Assembly: GCA_024640885.1 (NCBI GenBank)
Contig: JAHEEC010000006.1
Coordinates: 5,238-69,237 of the forward strand
DNA from: Bacteroidota bacterium
Lineage (GTDB): Bacteria; Bacteroidota; Bacteroidia; Bacteroidales; GCA-2748055
Direction: 5' to 3'
DNA: 64,000 nucleotides
How positions within the stretch are numbered: the stretch's first letter is position 1; every line of letters begins with the position of its first letter. Positions 44,095 through 53,984 of this stretch are shown here, one piece after another. The notes beneath the pieces are model-generated. The model did no database searches. It was given only the letters and a program-made list of their open reading frames with translations, and was not told the origin of the DNA. The position numbers were made by a program, and so were the translations under genes.

Positions 44095-45807
44095 CTACCA
44101 TCTGAAAGAGGAACGAAACAAATTTAAATTTCCCTTCTCGTCGGATACGTACAGTTCCAATTCATGGGTCATCCCGCTCTTAAGACGCATGGCGTCTAAG
44201 GTATATGTCAGGAGGTCATTTTTCATGTCATATTCAAACAATACCCAGCTATTGTCAATATAGCCCTCGTACTTTTCGATGCCGGACAGCTCGTCGCGAA
44301 TGGTGAATTTCAGGGACTTTTTTCCAGTAAGATCCGAATTGGCTGAACCGTTAAGTGGAATGACCTCCGGCGCTATGGTATCCATCCCCACTGCATAGCT
44401 GCCAAAATTCCTGAGGTTAGCCACCACGGAACCATCCTTAAATTCACCTCCGGCAGCCTCAACTTCACCCTCATCGTTAATGGTGATCAACAGGAGTTTC
44501 TCACGGAGGGGGGGTGCCGGAGGCGGGATCTTGATGGCCATGGTGTAGGGAAGGTGCAACGGAACTTCCGGGGTGGATATATGGTAGAACGGGGTCAGGC
44601 TGCCTTTCATCGCCGGGGATGTATCGAAGGAAAAATCCAGGTCCGAATATAAGGCATTGGCCGGGATCTCCACACGTATCCCGTTTTGAGAAAAATTGTT
44701 GGGTTCTCCATATTTCATCGTGGTTGTGGCCCTTTCAACGGGAGTGTGCACGGCAGGCGCAATATGCTCTCCTTTGATCCTGACCTTGAGCTCAGACCGG
44801 TTGCCTGAAACATCCGTGGCCACCACCAGGATATCATAGTTCCGGTCCTCATCCAGTTCCAGGAAACCATCACCTTCCAGATCCCTGTAAATTCTAAGCC
44901 TGTCATTGGGCAACCGATGCAGGCGTTGGGCCCTGGTCCCTGTCCGGATGCTCTCCGCATAATCGATCCGGGCATTTACGTACCGGGTCTCTGAAAAGGA
45001 GAACTCATCCATCATGTGGCTGTACATCAGTTTCCCGTCCAGGTACATTTCCAGGGTATAAATGCCACAACGGTTGATGGCACCGTCAAGGAAATCGAAT
45101 GCCTCCACACTTACTCCCAGGACTCCCGAAGCCTTGATTGACTTGCCATAGGGAATGGTGTAATTTCCCTGATCCCTGACCACGCTGGAGGAGAATTTTT
45201 CACCGCTTCCGTTGACCTGGCTGCCCTCTCCAACGGGTTGCAGAAAGATCGAATAAAACCTTGGTGCCATGTGATCGGCAATCTCAAAGTTATATCTCAA
45301 TACATTGGTGGGGTGCTCATTTGCGGTGTTCCTGACCTCGAAATGCAGGTGCGGGCCGGAGGAACTTCCTGTGTTTCCTGAAAAAGCAATAAGCTCCCCA
45401 CGCTGCACTTTGAACTGGTTCGGATCGGGATAGAGATCGACCATGTGGCTGCGCCTCCTGTATTGCATCTGAGTCACATATTCTGCCAGGTCGTCCCTGT
45501 AACGGTCCAGGTGACCGTACACCGAAGTAAATCCGTTGGGGTGGGTGATGTAGATGGATTTTCCATATCCGTTGGCCTGTACCTTGATCCTGGAAATATA
45601 GCCGCTTTCAATGGCAAAAACCTGGTGTCCTGTGCTTCCCTGGGTCTTGATATCAATACCTGAATGAAAGTGGTCAGCACGTGCTTCTCCAAAATTTCCG
45701 GAAAGGACCATGGGGATCTTTAGGGGTGGGACAAAGGAATATTCCGCTTGTCCTGACAATTGGATGATCAACAAATGACTGAGAAAAAATAGGAGTTTCC
45801 TGCGCAT
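44095..45807 (-). CDS. M23 family metallopeptidase
   Basis: 570 aa. HFHSGIDI and GNTGSSSGPHLHFE zinc-site motifs, followed by a long C-terminal beta-rich extension. Confidence 0.85.
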   Translation of the reverse strand: MRRKLLFFLSHLLIIQLSGQAEYSFVPPLKIPMVLSGNFGEARADHFHSGIDIKTQGSTGHQVFAIESGYISRIKVQANGYGKSIYITHPNGFTSVYGHLDRYRDDLAEYVTQMQYRRRSHMVDLYPDPNQFKVQRGELIAFSGNTGSSSGPHLHFEVRNTANEHPTNVLRYNFEIADHMAPRFYSIFLQPVGEGSQVNGSGEKFSSSVVRDQGNYTIPYGKSIKASGVLGVSVEAFDFLDGAINRCGIYTLEMYLDGKLMYSHMMDEFSFSETRYVNARIDYAESIRTGTRAQRLHRLPNDRLRIYRDLEGDGFLELDEDRNYDILVVATDVSGNRSELKVRIKGEHIAPAVHTPVERATTTMKYGEPNNFSQNGIRVEIPANALYSDLDFSFDTSPAMKGSLTPFYHISTPEVPLHLPYTMAIKIPPPAPPLREKLLLITINDEGEVEAAGGEFKDGSVVANLRNFGSYAVGMDTIAPEVIPLNGSANSDLTGKKSLKFTIRDELSGIEKYEGYIDNSWVLFEYDMKNDLLTYTLDAMRLKSGMTHELELYVSDEKGNLNLFRSSFRW

Positions 45808-45833
45808 GTATAGATGACTGAATTTGGGAACCT

Positions 45834-45841
45834 CAAAGCTA
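45834..45841 (-). promoter_or_regulatory. candidate -7 box TAgcTTTG for the M23-anmK-ADH operon
   Basis: Exact TAnnTTTG on the minus strand, 26 nt upstream of ATG 45807. TTTC (3/4 match) lies 19 nt upstream. Confidence 0.4.
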
Positions 45842-45895
45842 TGGTTTTAAGTTTTATTTGGAAATAACTGTCATTTATTATTATCAAAATAATTC

Positions 45896-45903
45896 TATAT
45901 TTG
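45896..45903 (+). promoter_or_regulatory. candidate -7 box TAtaTTTG for the coiled-coil/zapA operon
   Basis: Exact TAnnTTTG, 20 nt upstream of ATG 45924. TTTA (3/4 match) lies at about -33. Confidence 0.4.
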
Positions 45904-45923
45904 TAAATATATATCTCTGTTAA

Positions 45924-46217
45924 ATGAGTGTTGAACAAGTTGAAATCCTGGAAGGAATTAAAGATAAGATTCAGTCGGTAAAGGACCGGATGAATCAACA
46001 ATTGGAAGAAAATAGCCAGTTGAAGCAGAAGAATGAGGATCTTCAACAAGTGGTTCAGCAAAAGCAGTCGTTGATTGATGAATTGGAACAAAAAAACCAG
46101 CAGTTATCGCTGGTAAAAAGTATTATGGCAGACAGTGCAGATGCACACGATGCCCGGATTCGAATAAATAGAATTGTGCGGGAGATTGACAAGTGTATTG
46201 CTCTTTTAAACAGATAA
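45924..46217 (+). CDS. coiled-coil protein (ZapB-like), cell-division associated by context
   Basis: 97 aa, Q/E/L-rich with a heptad pattern. It lies immediately upstream of zapA. Confidence 0.55.
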   Translation: MSVEQVEILEGIKDKIQSVKDRMNQQLEENSQLKQKNEDLQQVVQQKQSLIDELEQKNQQLSLVKSIMADSADAHDARIRINRIVREIDKCIALLNR

Positions 46218-46224
46218 TAGAGGG

Positions 46225-46512
46225 ATGATGGATGAACAGCTTTCCATAAAAGTTCAAATCGTTGAACGCTTTTATCCCCTGAAAATAAAACGGCAGGATG
46301 AAGAAAAGATCAGAAAGGCAGCCAGGCTGATCAATGATAAGGTCCTACAGTACAAGCAGAGATATACGGATAAGGATACCCAGGACTTCATCGCAATGGC
46401 AGCACTTCAGTTTGTAATTAATCTTATGGATTGCGAACAACAACAAAATGTTGTATCTTTGGAGGAGGAGCTCGGAGTATTGAGCAGTGAGCTGGATAAC
46501 CTGTTAAAATAA
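46225..46512 (+). CDS. zapA: cell division protein ZapA
   Basis: 95 aa. (I)KV.I..R.YPL.I...DEE.IR.AA..IN....QY...Y...D.QD..AMAALQF matches the ZapA pattern. Confidence 0.8.
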   Translation: MMDEQLSIKVQIVERFYPLKIKRQDEEKIRKAARLINDKVLQYKQRYTDKDTQDFIAMAALQFVINLMDCEQQQNVVSLEEELGVLSSELDNLLK

Positions 46513-46545
46513 GAGTAATAGCGTTCTTTACATACCAAGAGTTTG

Positions 46546-46742
46546 CCCGCATTGTTTCTTCAATTATTTTTGGAACTCAACATTTATCAGATTGGAGCAA
46601 AGCTCGGATTGGCAAGAGCAGGCCATAAATCCGGTTCGCCGGATACCGATACGTTCGGTCATTGGAAACTCGATTCAATCTGGCAGTTCCACCCATGCTT
46701 GATGGGGTTTTATAAAATTTTGGGGAAATGTGCGGGTTTTTT
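46546..46742 (+). ncRNA. structured RNA, 6S-like rod (candidate ssrS) or rny leader
   Basis: Nested long-range pairings: 46546-51/46731-36, 46555-61/46722-28, 46572-77/46685-90, 46588-94/46676-82. A central UUCG hairpin lies at 46629-46644, with two further hairpins. T6 follows the closing stem. Confidence 0.45.
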
Positions 46743-46763
46743 ATTGTCTAAAATGAAATACCT

Positions 46764-48338
46764 ATGGAACTGTTAACACAAACATTGGTGTTGCAATCAC
46801 CCATGGCCATCTATTTGCTGGTTGGAGGAGCTTCATTGCTGGTGGGGACAGGTGTTGCATTTATCCTTTTCAATATGGTGGTAAAAAGGAAAAGCAACAA
46901 CCTGATCAAGGAGGCGGAAGGAGAAGCGGAAATGATCAAACAGCAAAAGATACTTCAGGCAAAGGAGAAGTTCCTTCAGCTGAAGGAGGAGCATGAGAAG
47001 ATCATCAATGAAAAGAATAGCAAGCTGAATCAGCGCGAAAATGAGGTGAAGCAGAAGGAGTTTTCTGTGTCACAAAAACATGAAGAGGGTCAACGGAAGA
47101 ACAAGGAATTGGATGCGGTCCGTGAGAATCTCGAAACACAACTGAAAATTGTAGAGAAAAAGAAGGAGGAGGTGGAGCGGTCCCATCGCATGCAGGTGGA
47201 GCAGTTGGAGACCATCTCGGGTCTTTCTGCCGAAGAGGCCAGGGACCAGCTGGTGGAGTCACTGAAGGAGGAAGCCAAGACCGAAGCAATGTCGCTTATC
47301 AATGAAATCGTTGATGAGGCAAAGATGACGGCCAACAAGGAAGCCAAAAACATCGTGATCAAAACAATCCAGCGGGTTGCAAGTGAAACAGCCATTGAAA
47401 ATTCAGTGACCGTATTCCACATCGAATCGGATGAATTGAAGGGGCGGATCATTGGCCGGGAAGGACGTAATATAAGGGCCCTTGAGGCCGCCACAGGTGT
47501 GGAAGTGATCGTGGATGACACCCCGGAAGCGATTATTCTCTCCGCGTTTGATCCGGTCAGAAGAGAGGTGGCAAGGTTGTCCCTGCACCAGCTGGTGACC
47601 GATGGAAGGATCCATCCGGCCAGGATCGAGGAGGTGGTTGCAAAAACCAGGAAACAGATCGAGGAGGAGATCATTGAAGTGGGAAAAAGAACTGCCATAG
47701 ACCTGGGCATCCATGGCCTCCATCCTGAACTGACCCGGATGGTGGGAAAAATGAAATACCGCTCCTCTTACGGCCAGAACCTGCTTCAGCATTCCAGGGA
47801 AGTGGCCAACCTCTGTGCCATTATGGCCACCGAACTGGGGCTCAATGCAAAGTTGGCCAGGAGGGCAGGGCTGTTGCATGATATCGGGAAAGTACCCGAT
47901 GATGAGCCGGAAATACCCCATGCAGTCTTCGGGATGAAAATGGCCGAGAAGTACAAGGAAAAAGATGAAGTATGCAATGCAATCGGTTCACACCACGATG
48001 AGGTGGAGATGACCACCTTGCTTGCGCCCATCGTGCAGGTCTGCGATGCCATTTCAGGTGCAAGGCCCGGTGCAAGGCGGGAGGTGGTGGAGTCCTATAT
48101 CAAGCGGTTGAAGGAACTGGAGGCCATGGCGCTCTCCTATCCCGGTGTATTGAAGACCTATGCCATTCAGGCAGGACGGGAACTGAGGGTCATCGTGGGC
48201 AGCGAGAAAGTGAGCGATAAGGATGCGGAAACCCTCTCCTTTGACATCGCCAAGAAGATCCAGGACGAGATGACCTACCCGGGTCAGGTGAAGATCACCG
48301 TGATCCGTGAAACACGCGCCATAAGCTACGCCAAATAA
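46764..48338 (+). CDS. rny: ribonuclease Y
   Basis: 524 aa. N-terminal TM, coiled coil, KH motif [15 protein letters not shown] and HD motif LLHDIGK. ATG 46803 (MAIYLL...) is an alternative start. Confidence 0.95.
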   Translation: MELLTQTLVLQSPMAIYLLVGGASLLVGTGVAFILFNMVVKRKSNNLIKEAEGEAEMIKQQKILQAKEKFLQLKEEHEKIINEKNSKLNQRENEVKQKEFSVSQKHEEGQRKNKELDAVRENLETQLKIVEKKKEEVERSHRMQVEQLETISGLSAEEARDQLVESLKEEAKTEAMSLINEIVDEAKMTANKEAKNIVIKTIQRVASETAIENSVTVFHIESDELKGRIIGREGRNIRALEAATGVEVIVDDTPEAIILSAFDPVRREVARLSLHQLVTDGRIHPARIEEVVAKTRKQIEEEIIEVGKRTAIDLGIHGLHPELTRMVGKMKYRSSYGQNLLQHSREVANLCAIMATELGLNAKLARRAGLLHDIGKVPDDEPEIPHAVFGMKMAEKYKEKDEVCNAIGSHHDEVEMTTLLAPIVQVCDAISGARPGARREVVESYIKRLKELEAMALSYPGVLKTYAIQAGRELRVIVGSEKVSDKDAETLSFDIAKKIQDEMTYPGQVKITVIRETRAISYAK

Positions 48339-49393
48339 TGAAAAGAGTTCTTGTCACCGGGACCGCCGGGTTTATTGGTTTCCACCTGGCCAGGAAACTC
48401 GTTGACCTTGGATTTCATGTGACCGGCCTGGATTCCATCAACGACTACTATGATGTGGAGCTCAAATACAGCCGGCTTGAACAGTCTGGCATCCTGAGGA
48501 ATAAGGTGGATTATAACCAGCTGGTGTACAGCACTACCTCTGACCTCTATCAATTCATCCAACTTCAATTGGAGGACAGGGATGCACTCCATGAGCTTTT
48601 TGCAAACCGTAAATTTGATGTGGTGGTCAACCTGGCAGCCCAGGCCGGTGTGCGCTACAGCCTCACAAACCCGGAAGCGTATGTGGATTGCAATATCACC
48701 GGATTCCTGAATGTCCTGGAGGCCTGCAGGCACCACCCCGTGGAAAACCTGATCTATGCGAGCAGTTCCAGCGTTTACGGACTCAATAAAAAGATGCCTT
48801 TCTCGGTAAACTCAAACGTGGATCACCCTGTGAGCCTTTATGCGGCCAGCAAGAAAAGCAACGAATTGATGGCACATACATACAGCCACCTTTTCGGGAT
48901 CCCTACCATCGGGCTCCGTTTTTTTACGGTCTACGGGCCCTGGGGACGCCCCGATATGGCACTATTCCTCTTTACCAAGGCCATTCTTGAAGGCAAACCC
49001 ATACAGGTTTTTAACCACGGGAAAATGGAACGGGACTTTACCTACATCGATGATATTGTGGGCGGGATCGAAAAAATGATACTCAAGCCGCCGGCACCGG
49101 GTGAAGGATGGGATCCCCAGTCACCGGACCCGTCTACCTCCTCGGCGCCATACAGGATTCATAACATTGGGAACAGCAGCCCGGTGAAGCTGACAGATTT
49201 TATCGAGGCGCTGGAGAAGGCCCTGGGCAAAACTGCCGAAAAGGAGCTGATGCCTATCCAGCCTGGGGATGTGGAAAAAACCTGGGCCGACGTCTCCTCC
49301 CTGAAAAGGGATTACGGTTACAATCCGGGAACCCCGGTGGAGAACGGCATTAAAAATTTCGTGGAATGGTACCGAGAATACTACCAGGTATAA
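48338..49393 (+). CDS. NAD-dependent epimerase/dehydratase (UDP-glucuronate 4-epimerase-like)
   Basis: VTGTAGFIGFHL Rossmann motif and YAASK catalytic motif. Its ATG shares one nt with the rny stop (TAATG). Confidence 0.9.
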   Translation: MKRVLVTGTAGFIGFHLARKLVDLGFHVTGLDSINDYYDVELKYSRLEQSGILRNKVDYNQLVYSTTSDLYQFIQLQLEDRDALHELFANRKFDVVVNLAAQAGVRYSLTNPEAYVDCNITGFLNVLEACRHHPVENLIYASSSSVYGLNKKMPFSVNSNVDHPVSLYAASKKSNELMAHTYSHLFGIPTIGLRFFTVYGPWGRPDMALFLFTKAILEGKPIQVFNHGKMERDFTYIDDIVGGIEKMILKPPAPGEGWDPQSPDPSTSSAPYRIHNIGNSSPVKLTDFIEALEKALGKTAEKELMPIQPGDVEKTWADVSSLKRDYGYNPGTPVENGIKNFVEWYREYYQV

Positions 49394-49413
49394 TTCCCGC
49401 AAACTTTACAACC

Positions 49414-50274
49414 TTATTCTTCCCGCAGCAGTTTTTTAAGGGCCTGGGCCTTATCGGGTTGACCTGAGCGGTCATAGGCATATTGCAGGTTGATGATCAA
49501 CCGTTCAATGATGTCGATATTGGAGCAGGGCTTGAAAAAATACTCTTTCTCTTCGATCTTTAACTGGCTCAGAAAATACTTAAGCTCCTTAAGGCCCAGC
49601 ACTGCACCGTTGTCCGACGGATTGATGTAAAAGAGAATCCCGTTGGGATCATCCTGGAAATCCTGATCATAATAGCAAAGCACGAAGTTGCGCGGGAGGT
49701 TGACCCCATAAACCGGCAGGTTCAGCCTCCTGGCCAGCTCCGCGTAGAGCAATCCCAGCAGGACCGGACTTCCCTTAAAGGTGTCGATCACGTGGTTGAC
49801 CAGGTATAGCTGCGGGGTATGAGCCTTTTTCAGGCTCTTGTCAAACTTATGAATATCATACATGAAGTAATTGATCACCTTGACTTTTTCAAGGGCCGTC
49901 AGTTCATTGTTCAACTCAAGCCAGATATCCCTTTTGATCCTTTCGATGACCTTGTTCAGTGGTTCAAAGTCCAGGTCGGGATATTGAAACCGGGCTACCA
50001 GGTATGCACCATACAAAAGGTCCTCACCCCCCGTCATCTTCCACCGCTCCATCCCCTTTTGCAGTGTATTGAACTGGATCTGCTTGATTACATTCTCAAT
50101 TCTTTCCTGCAGATCGGGCTTCAGGGTTATTTCCCAACGCCTTTCCAGAGGGATCACGACCTTTTCGCCAAGTTCAATGAGCCGGCCGGATACCGAGTCG
50201 AAAACCTGGTGGTCGGGATCCTCCAGCAGGTTTATCAACGCTTCCAGTTCTCTATGGCCCTGATCAGTCATCAT
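49414..50274 (-). CDS. transglutaminase-like/TPR protein (SirB1/YchA-like)
   Basis: 286 aa. The overall pattern (N-terminal helical part, central GSPVLLGLLYAELARRLNLPVYGVNLP, C-terminal TPR-like tail) resembles UPF0162/SirB1. Called from memory. Confidence 0.6.
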   Translation of the reverse strand: MMTDQGHRELEALINLLEDPDHQVFDSVSGRLIELGEKVVIPLERRWEITLKPDLQERIENVIKQIQFNTLQKGMERWKMTGGEDLLYGAYLVARFQYPDLDFEPLNKVIERIKRDIWLELNNELTALEKVKVINYFMYDIHKFDKSLKKAHTPQLYLVNHVIDTFKGSPVLLGLLYAELARRLNLPVYGVNLPRNFVLCYYDQDFQDDPNGILFYINPSDNGAVLGLKELKYFLSQLKIEEKEYFFKPCSNIDIIERLIINLQYAYDRSGQPDKAQALKKLLREE

Positions 50275-51148
50275 GCAGTGTAATTTTATCCAGGACCATG
50301 CCGATCAGGTCATCCACAGCCGGCGTGTAGTTATCCAGGAACTCCCTGGAAGCCCGGTTTGCGATGGCCACACAGAGGGTAATCGCATCGTGGCCCAGCA
50401 AGGCAGAAAGCGCATAAAGTGCTGAGCTTTCCATTTCGAAATTATTGATCCGCATTCCCTCAAAAGTGAAAGAACCCAGTTTCTGGATCATCAGAGGATC
50501 CACAGCAGTGAGCCTTATGGACCGCACCTGCGGTCCGTAAAATCCTGGTGTGGAGATGGTAATGCCGGTAACCTGCCCTTCCCCTGACAGCAGTGAGCCG
50601 AGCCTCTCTGATCCCCTGATAAAATAGGGGTCAGCCCGTGGGGAGGTCCAGCCTGCAAATCCCATAAAGGATTTTGCCAGTCCGGGTACGGTCACCTTCG
50701 CATCATCCCTGTAAAAATGGTACAATCCATCGAATCCACCGGCAACACTTGTGACGATGGTGGCACCCGGGGCAATATCGGCATGGATGGCCCCACTGGT
50801 GCCGATCCGGATCAGGCTGAGCCTTTTTTGGTCGGGTTTGAGGGTCCGGCTTGCAAGGTCCACATTCACCAGGGCATCCAGCTCATTGAGCACAATATCG
50901 ATGTTGTCGGTTCCAATTCCCGTGGAGAGGGCGGTGATTCTTTTCCCATGGTAGACCCCGGTGCATGTTACAAATTCACGGTTCGATTTCTCTGTGTCCA
51001 CCCGGTCGAAATGAGCCGATACCTGTTGAACCCGTCCAGGATCACCCACAAGGATTACGGTCTCGGCTATTTCATCCGGAACAAGGTGAAGGTGATAGAT
51101 ACTTCCATCTGGATTCAGGATCAGATCGGTATGTGATATGGGGTCCAA
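50264..51148 (-). CDS. nucleoside phosphorylase (PNP_UDP_1 family)
   Basis: 294 aa. ILVGDPGRV, GIGTDNIDIVLNEL and EMESSALY motifs of purine/uridine phosphorylase folds. Confidence 0.8.
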   Translation of the reverse strand: MDPISHTDLILNPDGSIYHLHLVPDEIAETVILVGDPGRVQQVSAHFDRVDTEKSNREFVTCTGVYHGKRITALSTGIGTDNIDIVLNELDALVNVDLASRTLKPDQKRLSLIRIGTSGAIHADIAPGATIVTSVAGGFDGLYHFYRDDAKVTVPGLAKSFMGFAGWTSPRADPYFIRGSERLGSLLSGEGQVTGITISTPGFYGPQVRSIRLTAVDPLMIQKLGSFTFEGMRINNFEMESSALYALSALLGHDAITLCVAIANRASREFLDNYTPAVDDLIGMVLDKITLHDD

Positions 51149-51237
51149 GTGTGCTGTTTTTCGAGATTTTCAATAAAAATAATGTATTTTTACAGCTGCT
51201 CGGAAAATACTTACTCACAACCTTAATTTACACAGTT

Positions 51238-52050
51238 ATGAAAAGAGTGCAATACATAATCATAAGCGTGGTGGCCCTCGTGGTGCTGTTGCTTATTTTC
51301 GGCAGCCAGATGTTCTATGTCCTTAGACCTGGAGAACGGGCTGTAATATTTAAGAAGTTCGGGGGTGGACTGGATAAGGATAACATCTTCGTACCCGGGT
51401 TCCATGTAATTGCTCCCTGGAATGACCTCATCCGTTATGATGTGCGGGAACAAAAAAGTGAAGAGACCATGGACGTCCTGGATAAGGGTGGGCTTTCCAT
51501 CAATGTGGATGTAACCATCATCTTCAATCCCTTTTATAACAAGATCGGTGACCTGCATGAAAATATAGGCACCAATTACGTTTCAGTGATGGTGATCCCC
51601 AATGTAAGATCCACCGTAAGGGCCGTAACCGGCCGTTATACTGCCGAGGAGATTTACTCGACCAAGAGGGGGGAAGTGGAGTCCGAAATCATTGAATCCA
51701 CAAGAAATGCCCTGGCCCAGAAAAATATTGAGATGAAGGATCTTTTAATCCGTTCAATTACGTTGCCGGAAAAGATCAAATCGGCCATCGAGAGCAAGTT
51801 GCAACAGCAACAGGAGGCCCTTGCTTACCAGTACAGGTTGGAGCGTGAGGAGAGTGAAGCTGAACGACTGAGGATCCAGGCTCAGGGTATTGCTGACTAC
51901 AACAGGATCATCAGCCAGTCACTTACTCCAAATATTCTGAAGCAAAAAGGTATAGATGCGACCCTTGAGCTGGCCAATTCAGCCAACAGCAAGGTAGTGG
52001 TGATCGGAAGCGGGGATGATGGAATGCCCCTGATCCTTGGAGGGAATTAA
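51238..52050 (+). CDS. SPFH/prohibitin (band 7) family protein
   Basis: ATG 51238 gives an N-terminal TM (MKRVQYIIISVVALVVLLLIF) followed by an SPFH core and a coiled-coil tail. The longer ORF from 50965 is antisense to the phosphorylase gene. Confidence 0.85.
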   Translation: MKRVQYIIISVVALVVLLLIFGSQMFYVLRPGERAVIFKKFGGGLDKDNIFVPGFHVIAPWNDLIRYDVREQKSEETMDVLDKGGLSINVDVTIIFNPFYNKIGDLHENIGTNYVSVMVIPNVRSTVRAVTGRYTAEEIYSTKRGEVESEIIESTRNALAQKNIEMKDLLIRSITLPEKIKSAIESKLQQQQEALAYQYRLEREESEAERLRIQAQGIADYNRIISQSLTPNILKQKGIDATLELANSANSKVVVIGSGDDGMPLILGGN

Positions 52051-52061
52051 AATACACGGCA

Positions 52062-52520
52062 ATGATACAGCGACCTCAGACACTCTACCTGCTGGGAGTC
52101 TTTATCCTTGCAGTGTTGTTAATGACGGGGCCCATAGCCCTCTTCAATGTGGGTGGGGCGGAGTATCTACTGAAGTATTCAGGACTTTTTGATCCTGCCG
52201 GGGAAAGGTTGCAGTTGGCCACATGGCCCCTCTCCGTGTTTTTCATGCTGGTAATCTTCCTTGCTTTCCTCAATATCTTCTTCTACAGGAACCGGATCAG
52301 GCAGATGCGCATATGCATCTTCCTGATCTTTCTGTTTGCAGGAATGGTGGGGATGATCTTCTATTATCTGGCAATTGCAAGGCATCAGCTGGATGCGGTC
52401 CGGACCCTGCATAACTGGAGAATCATCATACCTCCCATTGCCATCATCATGGTTTATATGGCCTTTCGGAGGATCCGAAGGGATGAATTGCTGGTGAAGG
52501 CCTACGACAGGATCAGATGA
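52062..52520 (+). CDS. DUF4293-like membrane protein
   Basis: 152 aa. MIQRPQTLYLLGVFIL... with 4 TM segments. This family is typical of Bacteroidota. Confidence 0.65.
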   Translation: MIQRPQTLYLLGVFILAVLLMTGPIALFNVGGAEYLLKYSGLFDPAGERLQLATWPLSVFFMLVIFLAFLNIFFYRNRIRQMRICIFLIFLFAGMVGMIFYYLAIARHQLDAVRTLHNWRIIIPPIAIIMVYMAFRRIRRDELLVKAYDRIR

Positions 52521-52974
52521 TCACGATGTTATCCTGATCGGTGATCTTTTCGCAGTAGTGGCATTTGAGTTTGACCTCTGATTTAGAAACCACCACGAAA
52601 CGGGTGTTTACCTTTTCGTTATTGGTAATGCACTTGGGATTCACGCATTTTGCAATGCCTACAATCTCATCGGGTATGGCCACAACCTTCTTTTCTACCA
52701 CCTCGTAATTCCGGATGATATTCAGTTTTGCACAGGGGGCCACCAGCGCGATTTTATTGATGTCGTCGTCCTTGAAAAAGACTTTCGACAGTTTGATGAT
52801 CCCCTTCTTCCCGAGTTTCTCGCTTCCCAGGCTGTTTCCGATGGTGATCATGGTATCCAGTTTATCCAGGTTCAGGATGGAGACCACCTTGAACAGTGCA
52901 GAGGCAGGGATGTGATCAATTACGGTACCCTCTTTTATTGCGCTGACTGATAGTTGTTTATCTTTCATATTCAT
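52513..52974 (-). CDS. pyrI: aspartate carbamoyltransferase regulatory subunit
   Basis: 153 aa. LSVSAIKEGTVIDHI and the C-terminal zinc site CVNPKCI...LKCHYCEK. Confidence 0.95.
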   Translation of the reverse strand: MNMKDKQLSVSAIKEGTVIDHIPASALFKVVSILNLDKLDTMITIGNSLGSEKLGKKGIIKLSKVFFKDDDINKIALVAPCAKLNIIRNYEVVEKKVVAIPDEIVGIAKCVNPKCITNNEKVNTRFVVVSKSEVKLKCHYCEKITDQDNIVII

Positions 52975-52997
52975 GTTCTAGATCAATGCGTCCAAAG

Positions 52998-53906
52998 TTA
53001 TACTACTCCTAGAATGGAGCTGAGAATGGCCATCCTGACAAATACTCCATTCCTGGCCTGGTCGAAGTAATAGGCATGCGGACTTTCATCCACGTCCGGG
53101 TGTATTTCGTTCACCCTTGGCAGGGGATGCAATACTTTCATGGTCTCCTTGGTTCCTTCAAGCATCTCCCTGCGCAGGATGTATGCATTTTTAACCCTTT
53201 CATACTCAATGGGATCAGTAAAGCGTTCCTGCTGTACCCTGGTCATGTAAACGATATCAGCATCAGAAAGGAACTCTGTCAGGTCCCGTCCTTCGTAATA
53301 CTCAAGTCCCATTTTATCCAGGTGGAGCTTGTAGGCTGATGGCATCTTCAGTTCATCGGGTGAAATGAAATAGAAGGTACTGTTGAACTCCGACATGGCC
53401 TGAAGCAGTGAATGCACAGTTCGTCCGTATTTCAGGTCACCTACCATGAATATCTTCAGGTTTTCAAGTGTACCCTGTGTTTTCAATATGGAATACATGT
53501 CGAGAAGGGTTTGGGAGGGGTGCTGGTTGGCACCGTCGCCTGCATTCACAACGGGGACCGAGGAGACTTCACTGGCAAGCCTGGCGCTGCCTTCCAGGGG
53601 ATGGCGCATGACGATCAGGTCGGCATAATTGCTCACCATCTTGATGGTATCATGAAGGGTTTCTCCCTTTGACGCACTTGTGGCACCTGAATCACTGAAG
53701 CCGATCACCCTGCCTCCAAGGCCATTGATGGCTGTCTCAAAACTTAAGCGTGTCCGGGTGGATGGTTCAAAGAAAAGAGTGGAGATCACGTAACCTTTTA
53801 GAATTTCCTGTCTTGGTTTTTTTTCAAAACCTGCAGCCAGTTCCAGGATCCTCAGATACTCCTCCTTGGTGAAATCGGTGATGGAAACGAGGTTTTTGTT
53901 TTTCAT
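52998..53906 (-). CDS. pyrB: aspartate carbamoyltransferase catalytic subunit
   Basis: STRTRLSFE, HPSQ and HPLPRV motifs. ATG 53906 is chosen because a consensus -7 box lies inside the longer ORF extension. Confidence 0.95.
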   Translation of the reverse strand: MKNKNLVSITDFTKEEYLRILELAAGFEKKPRQEILKGYVISTLFFEPSTRTRLSFETAINGLGGRVIGFSDSGATSASKGETLHDTIKMVSNYADLIVMRHPLEGSARLASEVSSVPVVNAGDGANQHPSQTLLDMYSILKTQGTLENLKIFMVGDLKYGRTVHSLLQAMSEFNSTFYFISPDELKMPSAYKLHLDKMGLEYYEGRDLTEFLSDADIVYMTRVQQERFTDPIEYERVKNAYILRREMLEGTKETMKVLHPLPRVNEIHPDVDESPHAYYFDQARNGVFVRMAILSSILGVV

Positions 53907-53923
53907 AACTACTGGATTAAATA

Positions 53924-53931
53924 CAAATATA
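53924..53931 (-). promoter_or_regulatory. candidate -7 box TAtaTTTG for pyrBI
   Basis: Exact TAnnTTTG on the minus strand, 17 nt upstream of ATG 53906. TTG lies 17 nt further upstream. Confidence 0.45.
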
Positions 53932-53984
53932 ATATGGAGTTTTCGGGACAATTCCCATTGTTTATAATATCTTATAACTTCATG

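Noticed and set aside
46543-46776. 77-aa ORF in the zapA-rny spacer
   Set aside because: It runs straight through the nested stems, the UUCG hairpin and the T6 tract of the structured RNA, and overlaps the rny start. Its composition is not protein-like. The RNA interpretation is preferred.
50965-51237. N-terminal 91-aa extension of the SPFH gene ORF. Similar extensions occur at 23597-23737 (phosphatase), 7868-7927 (TIM barrel), 53907-53951 (pyrB) and 56942-57004 (dnaA).
   Set aside because: The extensions overlap neighbouring genes or promoters, or start with TTG or GTG. Internal ATGs give canonical N-termini (signal peptide, Tat motif, or family-typical start).
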